Source of the DNA: Lingula anatina
Taxonomy: Eukaryota; Animalia; Brachiopoda
Direction: 5' to 3'
Length of the DNA stretch: 64,000 nucleotides
Assembly (NCBI GenBank): GCA_051362555.1
Contig: CM120643.1
Location: forward strand, 23,688,848-23,752,847
Positions 38,301 to 50,300 of the stretch are shown here, piece by piece. The notes under the pieces were generated by a model, which was given only the letters and a program-made list of their open reading frames with translations, searched no databases and was not told where the DNA came from. The translations under genes and the position numbers were made by a program. The first letter of the stretch is position 1. Each line of letters begins with the position of its first letter.

Positions 38301-41300
38301 AATGATTAGTTTTAGTGGTGGTTCGGATCAATAATCTATCAATAATCCAAAATTGCTGCCTTGGCAGAGGTCTGCGTTCTCAGAGTGCTTTTCTAGTTTT
38401 GTTATGTTTTCCTTATTAATTTTTTCTCAAACACTGGCATCTGCACATTTTCTATATTTTCTGTATTTCCACATAAGCAGTTGTATTGGTTTTTATATCT
38501 TTAAACATTATGTAATATTATTTTATGCACTGTCATAATTTTTCAAATATTGGGACTTTCATCGTGTGAATTTGAACTCTCATGGTCCTGAAACTGTAAT
38601 CTTATTGAAGGGGTGGATTGAGACCATCTTCTGGGTCTTCCAGAAGATGGTCAGGTTTTTAAGTTTATATTGACTGGTATCTATTTTTTTCTGTTGGAAG
38701 ACCATCAAAATGGAGGATGGATCAACATAGATTCTTTGGAATACTGTCAGAAAATATCTCTGGGTCCACTCCTGTTATTGATCATTTTACCTGTTGTGCA
38801 TGATTAAAATTCAGTGTTGACTGACAGTGCTATTATAAGCATTATTTATTATCGCATCAAAATTGACAAAATGATCTATTTTGCATCTTTATTTTCTGTT
38901 TTTTGGTCTGTACATTTGACAGCTTTGCTGCCTTGTTTCACTTTTTTCAGCATATATGCAGCACCGATAACACGATAAGTGGAAAACCATTTTACCTTTT
39001 GGCTTGAAACTTACAGAACTGATGAATATTCATAATACGCAGGTCAAGTTTGAAAATCAGCGTGATTGGGTCATTTTTAGTGAATTTAGGCTATTTTTTC
39101 TCTTTTTTCAGCATATATGCAGCACCGATAACACCATAAATGGAAAACCATTTTACCTTTTGGCTTGAAACTTACATAACTGATGAATATTCAAAATACG
39201 CAGGTCAAGTTTGAAAATCAGCATGATCGGGCCATTTTTATGTACAGACACAGATGTGTCTGTACATATTGCCATCACCTGCGTCTGTCGTCGCCGTCGC
39301 CGTCACCGATCATGTCGCCGTCGCTGTCGCCGTCGCCGTTGCCGTGCACTTTCAGCGTTAACACCATAAGTGGAAGACAGTTTTACTTTTTGGCTTTATA
39401 TTTACAGAGCTGACTAATATTCATAAAACGCAGGTCAAGTTCGAAAATCAGCATGATCGGGCCATTATTGTAGAATTTATGCTGTTTTTTTTCACTTTTT
39501 AGCATATATGCAACACTGTTAACACATTTCAAAGAAAACCGATAGGCCTGTTGTCATGAAACTCACAGGAGTAATCAGTCTTACTAAAACGCAGATCAAG
39601 TTCGAAAATCGGCATGATCGGGCCACTATTTTAGTAGTTATGCTGTTTTTTCACTTTTCAGCATATATGCAACACTGTTAACACATTTCAAGGAAAACCG
39701 ATAGACCTGTTGTCATGAAACTCACAGGAGTAATCAATCTTACTAAAACGCAGGTCAAGTTCAAAAATCGGCATGATCGGGCCACTATTTTACTAGTTAT
39801 GCTGTTTTTATGTACAGACACAGATGTGTCTGTACATATAGCCATCATCTGCGTCTGTCGTCGCCGTCGCCGTCGCCGTGCACTTTTACCGATAACACGA
39901 TAAGTGGAAAACCATTTTGCCTTTTGATTTGAAACTTGCAGAACTGATGAATATTCATAATACGCAGGTCAAGTTCGAAAATCAGCATGATCGGGTCACT
40001 CTTAGGGAATTTATGCTGTTTTTTCACTTTTTTCAACATAAATGCAGCACCGATAACACGATAAGTGGAAAACCATTGTACCTTTTGGCTTGAAACTTAC
40101 AGTACTGATGAATATTCATTATACGCAGGTCGAGTTCGAAAATCAGCATGATCGGGTCACTTATAGGGAATTTATGCTGTTTTTATGTACAGACACATCT
40201 GTGTCTGTACATATAGCCATCATCTGCGTCTGTCGTCGCCGTCGTCGCCGTCGCCGTGCACTTTTACCGATAACACGATAAGTGAAAAACCATTTTGCCT
40301 TTTGATTTGAAACTTGCAGAACTGATGAATATTCATAATACGCAGGTCAAGTTCGAAAATCAGCATGATCGGGTCACTCTTAGGGAATTTATGCTGTTTT
40401 TTCACTTTTTTCAACATATATGCAGCACCGATAACACGATAAGTGGAAAACCATTTTACCTTTTGACTTGAAACTTACAGAACTGATGAATATTCATAAT
40501 ACGCAGGTTAAGTTCGAAAATCAGCATGATCGGGTCACTTTTAGGGAATTTATGCAGTTTTTTCACTTTTTCAGCATATATGCAGCACCGATAACACGAT
40601 AAGTGGAAAACCATTTTACCTTTTGACTTGAAACTTACAGAACTGATGAATATTCATAATACGCAGGTCAAGTTTGAAAATCAGCATGATTGGGCTATTT
40701 TGAGGGAATTTATGCTGTGTTTTCACTATTTTCAATATAAATGCAACACTGATAACACAATATAAGAAAAACGGATTGGCCAATTGTAATTATACTCACA
40801 GGAGTGGTCAATCTTACTAAAACGCAGGTTGAGTTCGAAAATCAGCATAATCGGGCCATTATTTTAGAAGGTATACTGTTTTTTTCACATTTCCTCAGAT
40901 TCAATTCTTAAGCATGTTAACAGTCTCATTATTTAACTAATAAGATGCCTACAAGTGTTTGTTTGATATTTCCTGCATCTTTACAACATTGTTAGTTGAT
41001 TATGTAAAAAACATGGTAAACTTGTTATTATGTATTGTGTAATAAAGTGTCAAAAATGGAAATAAACTCATATCATTGCAGTTTGTCAGATTCAATCATC
41101 CACTATGTTCAGAATCTCAGAATGGAGGAAATTGGACATTTAACACTGTTCTATTGATACTTTTCCCATTTCATCAATATTTTTAGTTGGTCATATAAAA
41201 ATAGCAGTAAAATGTTTATTTTGTTTTATGTTAAAAAAGTGTTAAAAATGGAAATAAACCCATTTCAGAACAGTGCTGTCTTGTTCAGCATATATGCAAC

Positions 41301-44300
41301 ACCGTAAACACGATAAGTGAAAAACTGTATTACATTTTGGCTTGAAACTTAAATACTGATGAATATTCATAATACGCCAGTTAAGTTCGAAAATCAGCAT
41401 GATCGGGTAATTTTTAGGGAAGTTATGCTTTTTATGTACAGACACAGATGTGTCTGTACATATAGCCATCATCTGCGTCTGTCGTCGTCGCCGTCGGTGC
41501 CGTCGTCGCCGTCGTGCACTTTTACCGATAACACGATAAGTGGAAAACCGTTTTTGCTTTTGGCTTGAAATTTACAGAACTGATGAATATTCATAATAAG
41601 CAGGTCAAGTTCAAAAATCAGCATTGTTGGTTCATTTTTAGGGAAGTTATGCTGTTTTTTCACTTTTTTCAGCATATATGCAGCACTGATAACACGATAA
41701 GTGGAAAACCATTTTACTTTTAGACTTGAAACTTACAACACTGATGAATATTCATAATCCGCAGGTCAAGTTCGAAAATCAGCATGATCAGTTCATTTTT
41801 AGGGAAGTTACGCTGTTTTTTCACTTTTTTCAGCATATATGCAACACCGATAACACGATATGTGAAATACCGTTTTACCTTTTGGCTTGAAACTTACAGA
41901 ACTGATGAATATTCATAATACGCAGGTCAAGTTCGAAAATCAGAGCTATCGGGTCAATTTTATGGAAGTTATGCTGTTTTTTCACTTTTTTCAGCATATA
42001 TGCAACACTGATTACACGATAAGTGAAATACCCTTTTACCTTTTGGCTTGTACTTACATTGGTATTACCTGTTGAGCATAATTAAAATTTGATGTTGAAT
42101 TTGCAGTTTAACATAATGTACTTTTACATCAGAATTGACAGTAGCCTATTTTGTTATTTCCTGCTTTTTGTCTGTACATTTGACAGCTTTGCTGCCTTGT
42201 TTCACTTTTTTCAGCATATATGCAACACCGATAACACGATAAGTGGAAAACCATTTTACTTTTTGGCTTGAAACTTACAGAACTGATGAATATACATAAT
42301 ACGCAGGTCAAGTTCCAAAATCAGCGTGATTGGGTCATTTTTAGTGAATTTAGGCTATTTTTTCTCTTTTTTCAGCATATATGCAGCACCGATAACACCA
42401 TAAATGGAAAACCATTTGACCTTTTGGCTTGAAACCTACAGAACTGATGAATATTCATAATACGCAGGTCAAGTTCGAAAATCAGCATGATTGGGTCATT
42501 TTTAGTGAATTTAGGCTATTTTTTCACTTTTTTTCAGCATTTTTGCAACACTGATAACACAATAAATGAAGAGCTGTTTTACCCTTTGGCTTGAAACTTA
42601 CAGAACTGATAAATATTCATAATACGCAGGTCAAGTTCGAAAATCAGCACGATCGGGTCACTTATAGGGAATTTATGCTGTTTTTTTTTCACTTTTTTCA
42701 GTATATATGCAACACTGATAACACAATATAAGAAAAACAGATTGGCCAATTGTCATTATACTCACAGGAGGGGCCAATCTTACTAAAACGCAGGTTGAGT
42801 TTGAAAATCAGCATAATCATTCCATTATTTTAAAAGGTAATGCTGTTTTTTCACATTTCCTCACATTCAATTCTTAGGCATGTTAACAGTCTCATTATTG
42901 AACTAATAAGATACGTAAATGTGTTTGTTTGGCATTTCCTGCATCTTTACAACATTGTTAGTTGATTTTGTAAAAATGATGGTAAACTTGTTATCATGTA
43001 TTGTGTAATAAAGTGTCAAAAATGGAAATAAACTCATATCATTGCAGTTTGTCAGATGCATTCATCCACTATGTTCAGAATCTCAGAATGGAGGAAGTTG
43101 GGCATTTAAAACTGTTCTATTGATACTTTTCCCATCTCATCAATTTTCTTCATTGGTCATATAAAAATGGCAGTAAACTGTTTATTTTGTTTTATGTTTA
43201 AAAAGTGTTAAAAATGGAAATAAACCCATTTCAGAACAGTGCTGTATTGTTTACATTTTGGCATTTTCAATATGTGACTTTGAAGTTCCATGGACCTGAA
43301 GGCTTTTGCTAGTCACATTTTCTGAATAACCATGATACTAATATTTTATAATTAAAAATTGATGGTTATTATGCTGTAAAACATTATGTAATATTGCATG
43401 AAAATTTGAAGAAACCCCTATTTTGGGCACTGCTCCCATGATGACTATTTAAGGAAAATCATGTCACTTACTGTTCTCAAACTTACAGGAAAGAAACATG
43501 GGACTAAAATACAGCTCCAGTAGGCAATGCAGTCTGTTTGGTAAATTTTTCTGGCAATTAAACAGTTTTTTGTGTAAATTTAATTTTTCACTTATTGGCA
43601 TTTTCAAGGTGTGACTTTGAAGTTCCATGATCCTGAAGACCTTTGCTTGTCACATTTCCTGAATATCCGTGATACTAATATTTTATAATTAAAAATTGAT
43701 GGTCATTATGCTGTTAAACATTATGTAATATTGCATCAAAATTTGAAGAAATCCCTATTTTGGGCACTGCTCCCATGATGACCATTTAACAAAAATCATG
43801 TCAATTACTGTTCTCAAACTTACAGGAAAGAAACATGGGTCTAAAATACAGCTTCAGTAGGCAATGCAGTCTGTTTGGTAAATTTTTCTGGCAATTAAAC
43901 AGTTTTTTGTGAAAATTTAATTTTTCACATATTGGCATTTCCAAGGTGCGACTTAGAACCTCCACGGGCTTGAAGACCCGTGCTAGTCACATTTTGTGAA
44001 AATCCATGACACTTATATTTTATTATTAAAAATCGATGGTCATTATGCTGTTAAGCATTATGTAATGTTGCATCAAAATAGAAGAAAACACAATTTTTGG
44101 TGCTGCTGCCTTGATGACCATTATGGAAAAACCGTGTTACTTATGACTGTCAAACTTTCAAAAAAGAAACACAGGACTAAAATGCAGCCTGAGTTAGAAA
44201 AGCAGTCTAATTGGCTTCTTTTTCTGGAAGTTATACATTTTAGTGTTATATTCATTATCTTTTTTGGCATATTCATTGTGGGACTCGGAGCTCCCATGGA

Positions 44301-47300
44301 TATGAAGCCAAATGGTAATCATATTTTCTACATGTCCATCCTATTTATAGTCAATAAACAAAAATTGGTGATAATTATTCTCTAATTTATTATGTAATGT
44401 TACATCAAAATTGACAATCTTTTTGCACTGCTACTGCAAACATTATGAAAAGAAAACTGTGCTACTTATTATAATTTTAAACTTACAAGTACGATTTTTA
44501 GGATTGGCCTTCAGTTCATGAGAAAACCAGCTCTATTGGATTATCATGTTTATTGTATTTATGCATTTTTTGTGAAATTTTCATTTTTCTCATTCTGGCA
44601 CTTTCTAAGTATAAACTTGAACTCTGATGGGCCTGAAGCCTTATGCTTTTACTTTCGTCTGTGTTACCTGTTGTGCATAAGTTGATGTTGACTGTGCAGT
44701 TAAACATAATGTATTATTGTACCACCAGCGTTAGCGCTGGCGGTACACATGGTTTTAGTCCCGTCCGGTCCGTTCCGCCGGCTCCGCCGGCTCTGCCGGC
44801 TCCGCCGCCATGTTACCGTTACCGCTTCTCCTCCTAGACGGTAAGGGCCCCCATACCCATCTCTTGGATTTAGGTCACCTATAATCTCAACTCGTTCCAC
44901 GTAAAATTTGGGCTTTGTCGGTATTGGGGTCTAGGTGTGACACTCATTGCAATGCACCCTTGTCCAAAAATGGCAAAATTAAATGCTAATTATCTACCCT
45001 ACGGAAGGAATTATGGGAAAAATTTCTACAGACGGCTTTCCAAAAGTCATATGTGTAGATTTCAAATATGCCCTTGGATTTGACCTTTGACCTTTATTTC
45101 AAGGTCAAACGGGCAAAAATTTTCAAAAAAATGAATTTTTTTTTCGAAAAAAAATTTATTTGCGCTGTTATTCAGACACCACACAGACTTAACCAATAAT
45201 ATTATTGGAAAATGTTACCCTTCAGGTCATCTTTCATCTGTGTGAATTTGGGGTCAATCGGTGCATTTTCACGGGTGTAGCGGCCATAAGATACCGAAAC
45301 TGAAAACTGTCTCTAATTCGGGAACCGTTAATGCTAGAGACCCATTCTTTTTTGCATTTTGTAGAGCATGTAAAGCCCAACACTGGGGGTGGTCTCCGTT
45401 TTTTTGTATTCCATACGGTTTTCGAGTTACGCTGTATCAAAAAGTACATATTGGTGGTGAAAGCAAAATGTGCAGTACGGTAATGGATAATAAATTTTGA
45501 ACTCCGGAAAAATAAAACATAAGGCTTGGCAAAGCAGACAACTTGTGGTCAAAAATGACATAATTTCATCAAATTTGAACTTCTGGAACTTCAGAGCACC
45601 TCCCATTTCAAGAATTTTGACCAAAATGACCTTTTCTTTATTTTAATTAATTTTTTCTGTAGGAAATTTATGGCACATTAAGGTAACTCCGAAATTATAA
45701 CATTTAGTCCCTTATATCTCCAAAACTGGCAGAGATAGGTCCATAGTTACTATTGAAGTTGAATAGGAAGTCATGTACTGGCAATCTTACTGTGACCTTG
45801 AAATTGACCTTTGACCTACTTTTCACCATGAACTGAACTTTGCAAATTTTGCTTCCCTTTTATCTCCAAAACTGGCAGAGATAGGTCCATAGTTACTATT
45901 GAAGTTGAATAGGAAGTCATATACTGGCAATCTAAATGTGACCTTTAAATTGACCTTTGACCTACTTTTCACCATGAACTGAACTCTGCTAATTTCTTTC
46001 TCTTTTAACTCCAAACCTGGCAGAGATAGGTCCATAGTTACTATTGAAGTTGAATAGGAAGTCATATACTGGCAATCTTACTGTGACCTTGAAATTGACC
46101 TTTGACCTACTTTACACCATGAATTGAACTTTGCAAATTTTGGTTCCCTTTTATCTCCAAAACTGGCAGAGATAGGTCCATAGTTACTATTGAACTTGAA
46201 TAGGAAGTCATATACAGGCTATCTTACTGTGACCTTGAAATTGACCTTTGACCTACTTTTCATCATGAACTGAACTTTGCAAATTTTGCTTCCCTTTTAT
46301 CTCCAAAGTTACGCTGTATCAAAAAGTACATTTTGGTGGTTAAAGCAAAATGTGCAGTACGGTAATGGATAATAAATTTTGAACTCCAGAAAAATAAAAC
46401 ATAAGGCTTGGCAAAGCAGGCAAACTGTGGTCAAAAATGACATTATTTCATCAAATTTGAACATCTGGAACTTCAGAGCACCTCTCATTTCTAGAATTTT
46501 GACCAAAATGACCTTTTCTTTATTTTAATTAAATTTTTCCGTAGGAAATTTATTGCACATTATGGTAACTCCAAAATTATAACATTTAGTCCCTTATATC
46601 TCCAAAACTGGCAGAGATAAGTCCATAGTTACTATTGAAGTTGAACAGGAAGTCATGTACTGGCAATCTTACTGTGACCTTGAAATTGACCTGTGACCTA
46701 CTTTTATCCATGAACTGAACTTTGCAAATTTTGCCTCCCTTTTATCTCCAAAACTGGCAGAGATAGGTCCATAGTTTCTATTGAACTTGAATATGAAGTC
46801 ATATACTGGCAATCTAAATGTGACCTTGAAATTGACCTTTGACCTACTTTTCACCATGAACTGAACTTTGGAAATTTTGCTTCCCTTTTATCTCCAAAAC
46901 TAGCAGAGATAGGTCTATAGTTACTATTGAAGTTGAATAGGAAGTCATATACTGGCAATCTAAATGTGACCTTAAAATTGACCTTTGACCTACTTTTCAC
47001 CATGAACTGAACTCTGCTAATTTCTTTCTCTTTTAACTCCAAACCTGGCAGAGATAGGTCCATAGTTACTATTGAAGTTGAATAGGAAGTCATATACTGG
47101 AAATTTACTGTGACCTTGAAATTGACCTTTGACCTACCTTACAATAAACTTAACTTTGATTGTACCATTTTAAGTAATATATATTTTTTGCGTATTTTGA
47201 AAATTCTTGTTGATTGCATTTTTACAGCTTGTCAAGCATAAGACTAGTGGCTGTGTCCCTTATTTTGCGTATGTGGAGGTCTATACGAATGCGCTTGCTC

Positions 47301-50300
47301 CAGCTGGTGGTACAATATTCGGAGGCGGTATCGCCTCTCTGATCCTCTAGTTGCATCAGGATTGGTAGTCTCCTATTTTGGGCATTATGGTTTTGTGCTT
47401 TTCTTAAGGTGTGACTTATGGGCCTGAAGACCTTTGAGTGGGTCAGTCTGTAAATTACCCTTGGGTATCACTAGATTAATTTCAGAGTTATAAAGTCATT
47501 TGCTTTAATAGGCCATTAAATGAGATTACGTAAAGCACACTTGTTGATATTTCCCTGTAAACTCCCAAAGGTAAAGCTCTTTGCTAGATTAATAATAAGG
47601 AAGCAGTGATAATTATGCAGGTAAATTTTGTTTAATATTGCAAATAAGTTTTAAATATATATATATATATATATCAAACTGGAAGATTAAAAGTTTGAAT
47701 AGCAGCTTCATTGGAATTATATTTACCTCAAGCTCTGCCAAGGAGGTTATATTTTCACCCCTGTTTGTCTGTCATCCACATAACACAAAAAGTTATGGAC
47801 TGATTTTGCAGAAATTTTCAGGAACTGTCGGAAGTGGGCCAAAGAGGACAATGATTAATTTTTGGTGGTGGTCCGGATCAATAATCAATCAATTATCAAT
47901 AATAATCAACAATTGCTGCCTTGGCAGAGGTCTGCACTCTCAAAGTGCTTTTCTAGTTTTGTTGTTTTCCTTTATAATTTTTTCTCAAACACTTGCATTT
48001 GTGACTTTTAGCCCCAGGCAGGCTCTCATCTGCCTGGGGCTCTGCACATTTTCTGTATTTCTACATAAGCAGTTGTATTGTTTTTTATGTCTTTAAACAT
48101 TATGTAATATTATTTTATGCACTGTCATTATTTTTCAAATATTGAGACTTTCATAATGTGAATTTGAACTCTCATGGTCCTGAAACTGTAATCTTATTGA
48201 AGGGGTGGATTGAGACCATCTTCTGGGTCTTCCGGAACACAGTCAGGTTATTAAGTTTATATTGACCGGTATCTATTTTTTTCTGTTGGAAGACCATCAA
48301 AATGGAGGATGGATCAACATAGATACTTTGTAATACTGTCAGAAAATATCTCTGGGTCCGCTCCTGTTATTGACCATGTTACCTGTTGTGCAAGATTAAA
48401 ATTCAGTGTTGACTGACAGTGCTATTATAAGCATTATTTATTATTGCATCAAAATTGACAAAATGACCTTTTTTGCATCTTTATTTTCTGTTTTTTGTCT
48501 GTACATTTGACAGCTTTGCTGCCTTGTTTACACTTTTCAGCCTATATGCAACACTGTAAACACAATATAAGAAAAACAGATGGGCCAATTGTCATGAAAG
48601 TCACAGGAGTGGTCAATTTTACTAAAATGCAGGTTGAGTTCGTAAATCAGCATAATCGTGCCATTATTTTAGAAGGTATGCTGTTTTTTCACATTTCTTC
48701 AGATTCAATTTTTAGGCATGTTAACAGTCTCATTATTAAACTAATAAGATACGTGAAAGTGTTTGTTTGACATTTCCTGCATCTTTACAACATTGTTAGT
48801 TGATTATGTAAAAATGATGGTAAACTTGTTATCATGTATTGTATAATAGAGTTTCAAAAATGGAAATAAACTCATATCATTGCAATTTGTCAGATTCAAT
48901 CATTCACTATGTTCAGAATCTCACAATGGAAGAAATTGGACATTTAACACTGCTCTATTGATACTTTTCTCATGTCATCAATTTTCTTAGTTGATCATAT
49001 AAAAATGGCAGTAAACTGTTAATTTTGTTTTATGTTAAAAATTGTTAAAAATGGGGAAAAAAACATTTCAGAACAGTGCTGTCTTGTTTACATTTTGGCA
49101 TTTTCAAGTTGTGACTTTGAAGTTCCATGGGCCTGAAGACCTTTGCTAGTCACATTTTCTGAATATCCATGATACTAATATTTTATTAGTAAAAATTGAT
49201 GGTCATTATGCTGTTAAACATTATGTAACATTGCATCAAAATTTGAAAAAAAAAACTATTTTGGGCACTGCTCCCATGATTACCTTTTAAGAAAAACTAT
49301 GTCACTTACTGTTCTCAAACTTACAGGAAAGAAACATGGGACTAAAATACAGCTTCAGTAGGCAATGCAATCTGCCAGATAAACAGTTTTTTTTTTTGTG
49401 AAAATTTAATTTTTCACATATTGGCATTTTCAAGGTGTGACTTTGAAGTTCCACAGGCTTGAAGACCCAGGCTAGTCACATTTTCTGAAAATCCATGATA
49501 CATATATTTTGTTATTAAAAATTGATTGTCATTATGCTGTTAACCATTATGTAATATTGCATCAGAATAGAAGAAAACACAATTTTGGGTGCTGCTGCCA
49601 TGATGACCATTATGGGAAAACCATGTTACTTATGATTGCCAAACTTTCAAAAAAGAAATACAGGACTGAAATGCAGCCTGAGTTGGAAAAGCAGTCTAAT
49701 TGACTTCTTTTTCTGGAAGTTTTACATTTTCAAAGTGTGAACTTGAACTCCCATGGGCCTGAAGCTTTATGCTTGTTTCACATTTTACTTACATTGGTAT
49801 TACCTGTTGAGCATAATTAAAATTTGATGTTGAATTTGCAGTTTAACATAATGTACTTTTGCATCAGAATTGACAGTACCCTATTTTGTTAGTTCCTGCT
49901 TTTTGTCTGTACATTTGACAGCTTTGCTGCCTTGTTAGGGTTGTTATGCTGTTTTTTCACTTCTTTCAACATATATGCAACACTAATAACACAATATAAG
50001 AAAAACAAATAGGCCAATTGTCATTATACTCACAGGAGTAGTCAAACTAACTAAAACGCAGGTTGAGTTCCAAAATCAGCACAATCGGGCCATTCTTTTA
50101 GAAGTTATGCTGTTTTTTCACATTTCCTCAGATTCAATTGTTAGGCATATTAACAGTCTCATTATTGAACTAATAAGATACGTAAAAGTGTTTGTTTGAC
50201 ATTTCCTGCATCTTATTAACATTGTTAGTTGATTATGTAAAAATGATGGTAAACTTGTTATTGTGTATTATGTTATAAAGTGTCAAAAATGGAAATAAAC

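Larger units (their letters stand above)
30029..38937 (+). mobile_element. Nested HINE-A copy containing two further levels
   Basis: Flanks rejoin to ATGCTGTTTTT|TCACTTTTTTCAGC. Confidence 0.78.
39805..48528 (+). mobile_element. Nested HINE-A copy (same subfamily as 20967-24402)
   Basis: Flanks rejoin to GTTATGCTGTTTTT|TACACTTTTCAGC. Confidence 0.75.
39235..49936 (+). mobile_element. Nested HINE-A copy
   Basis: Flanks rejoin to GGGCCATTTTT|AGGG..GTTATGCTG. Confidence 0.75.
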
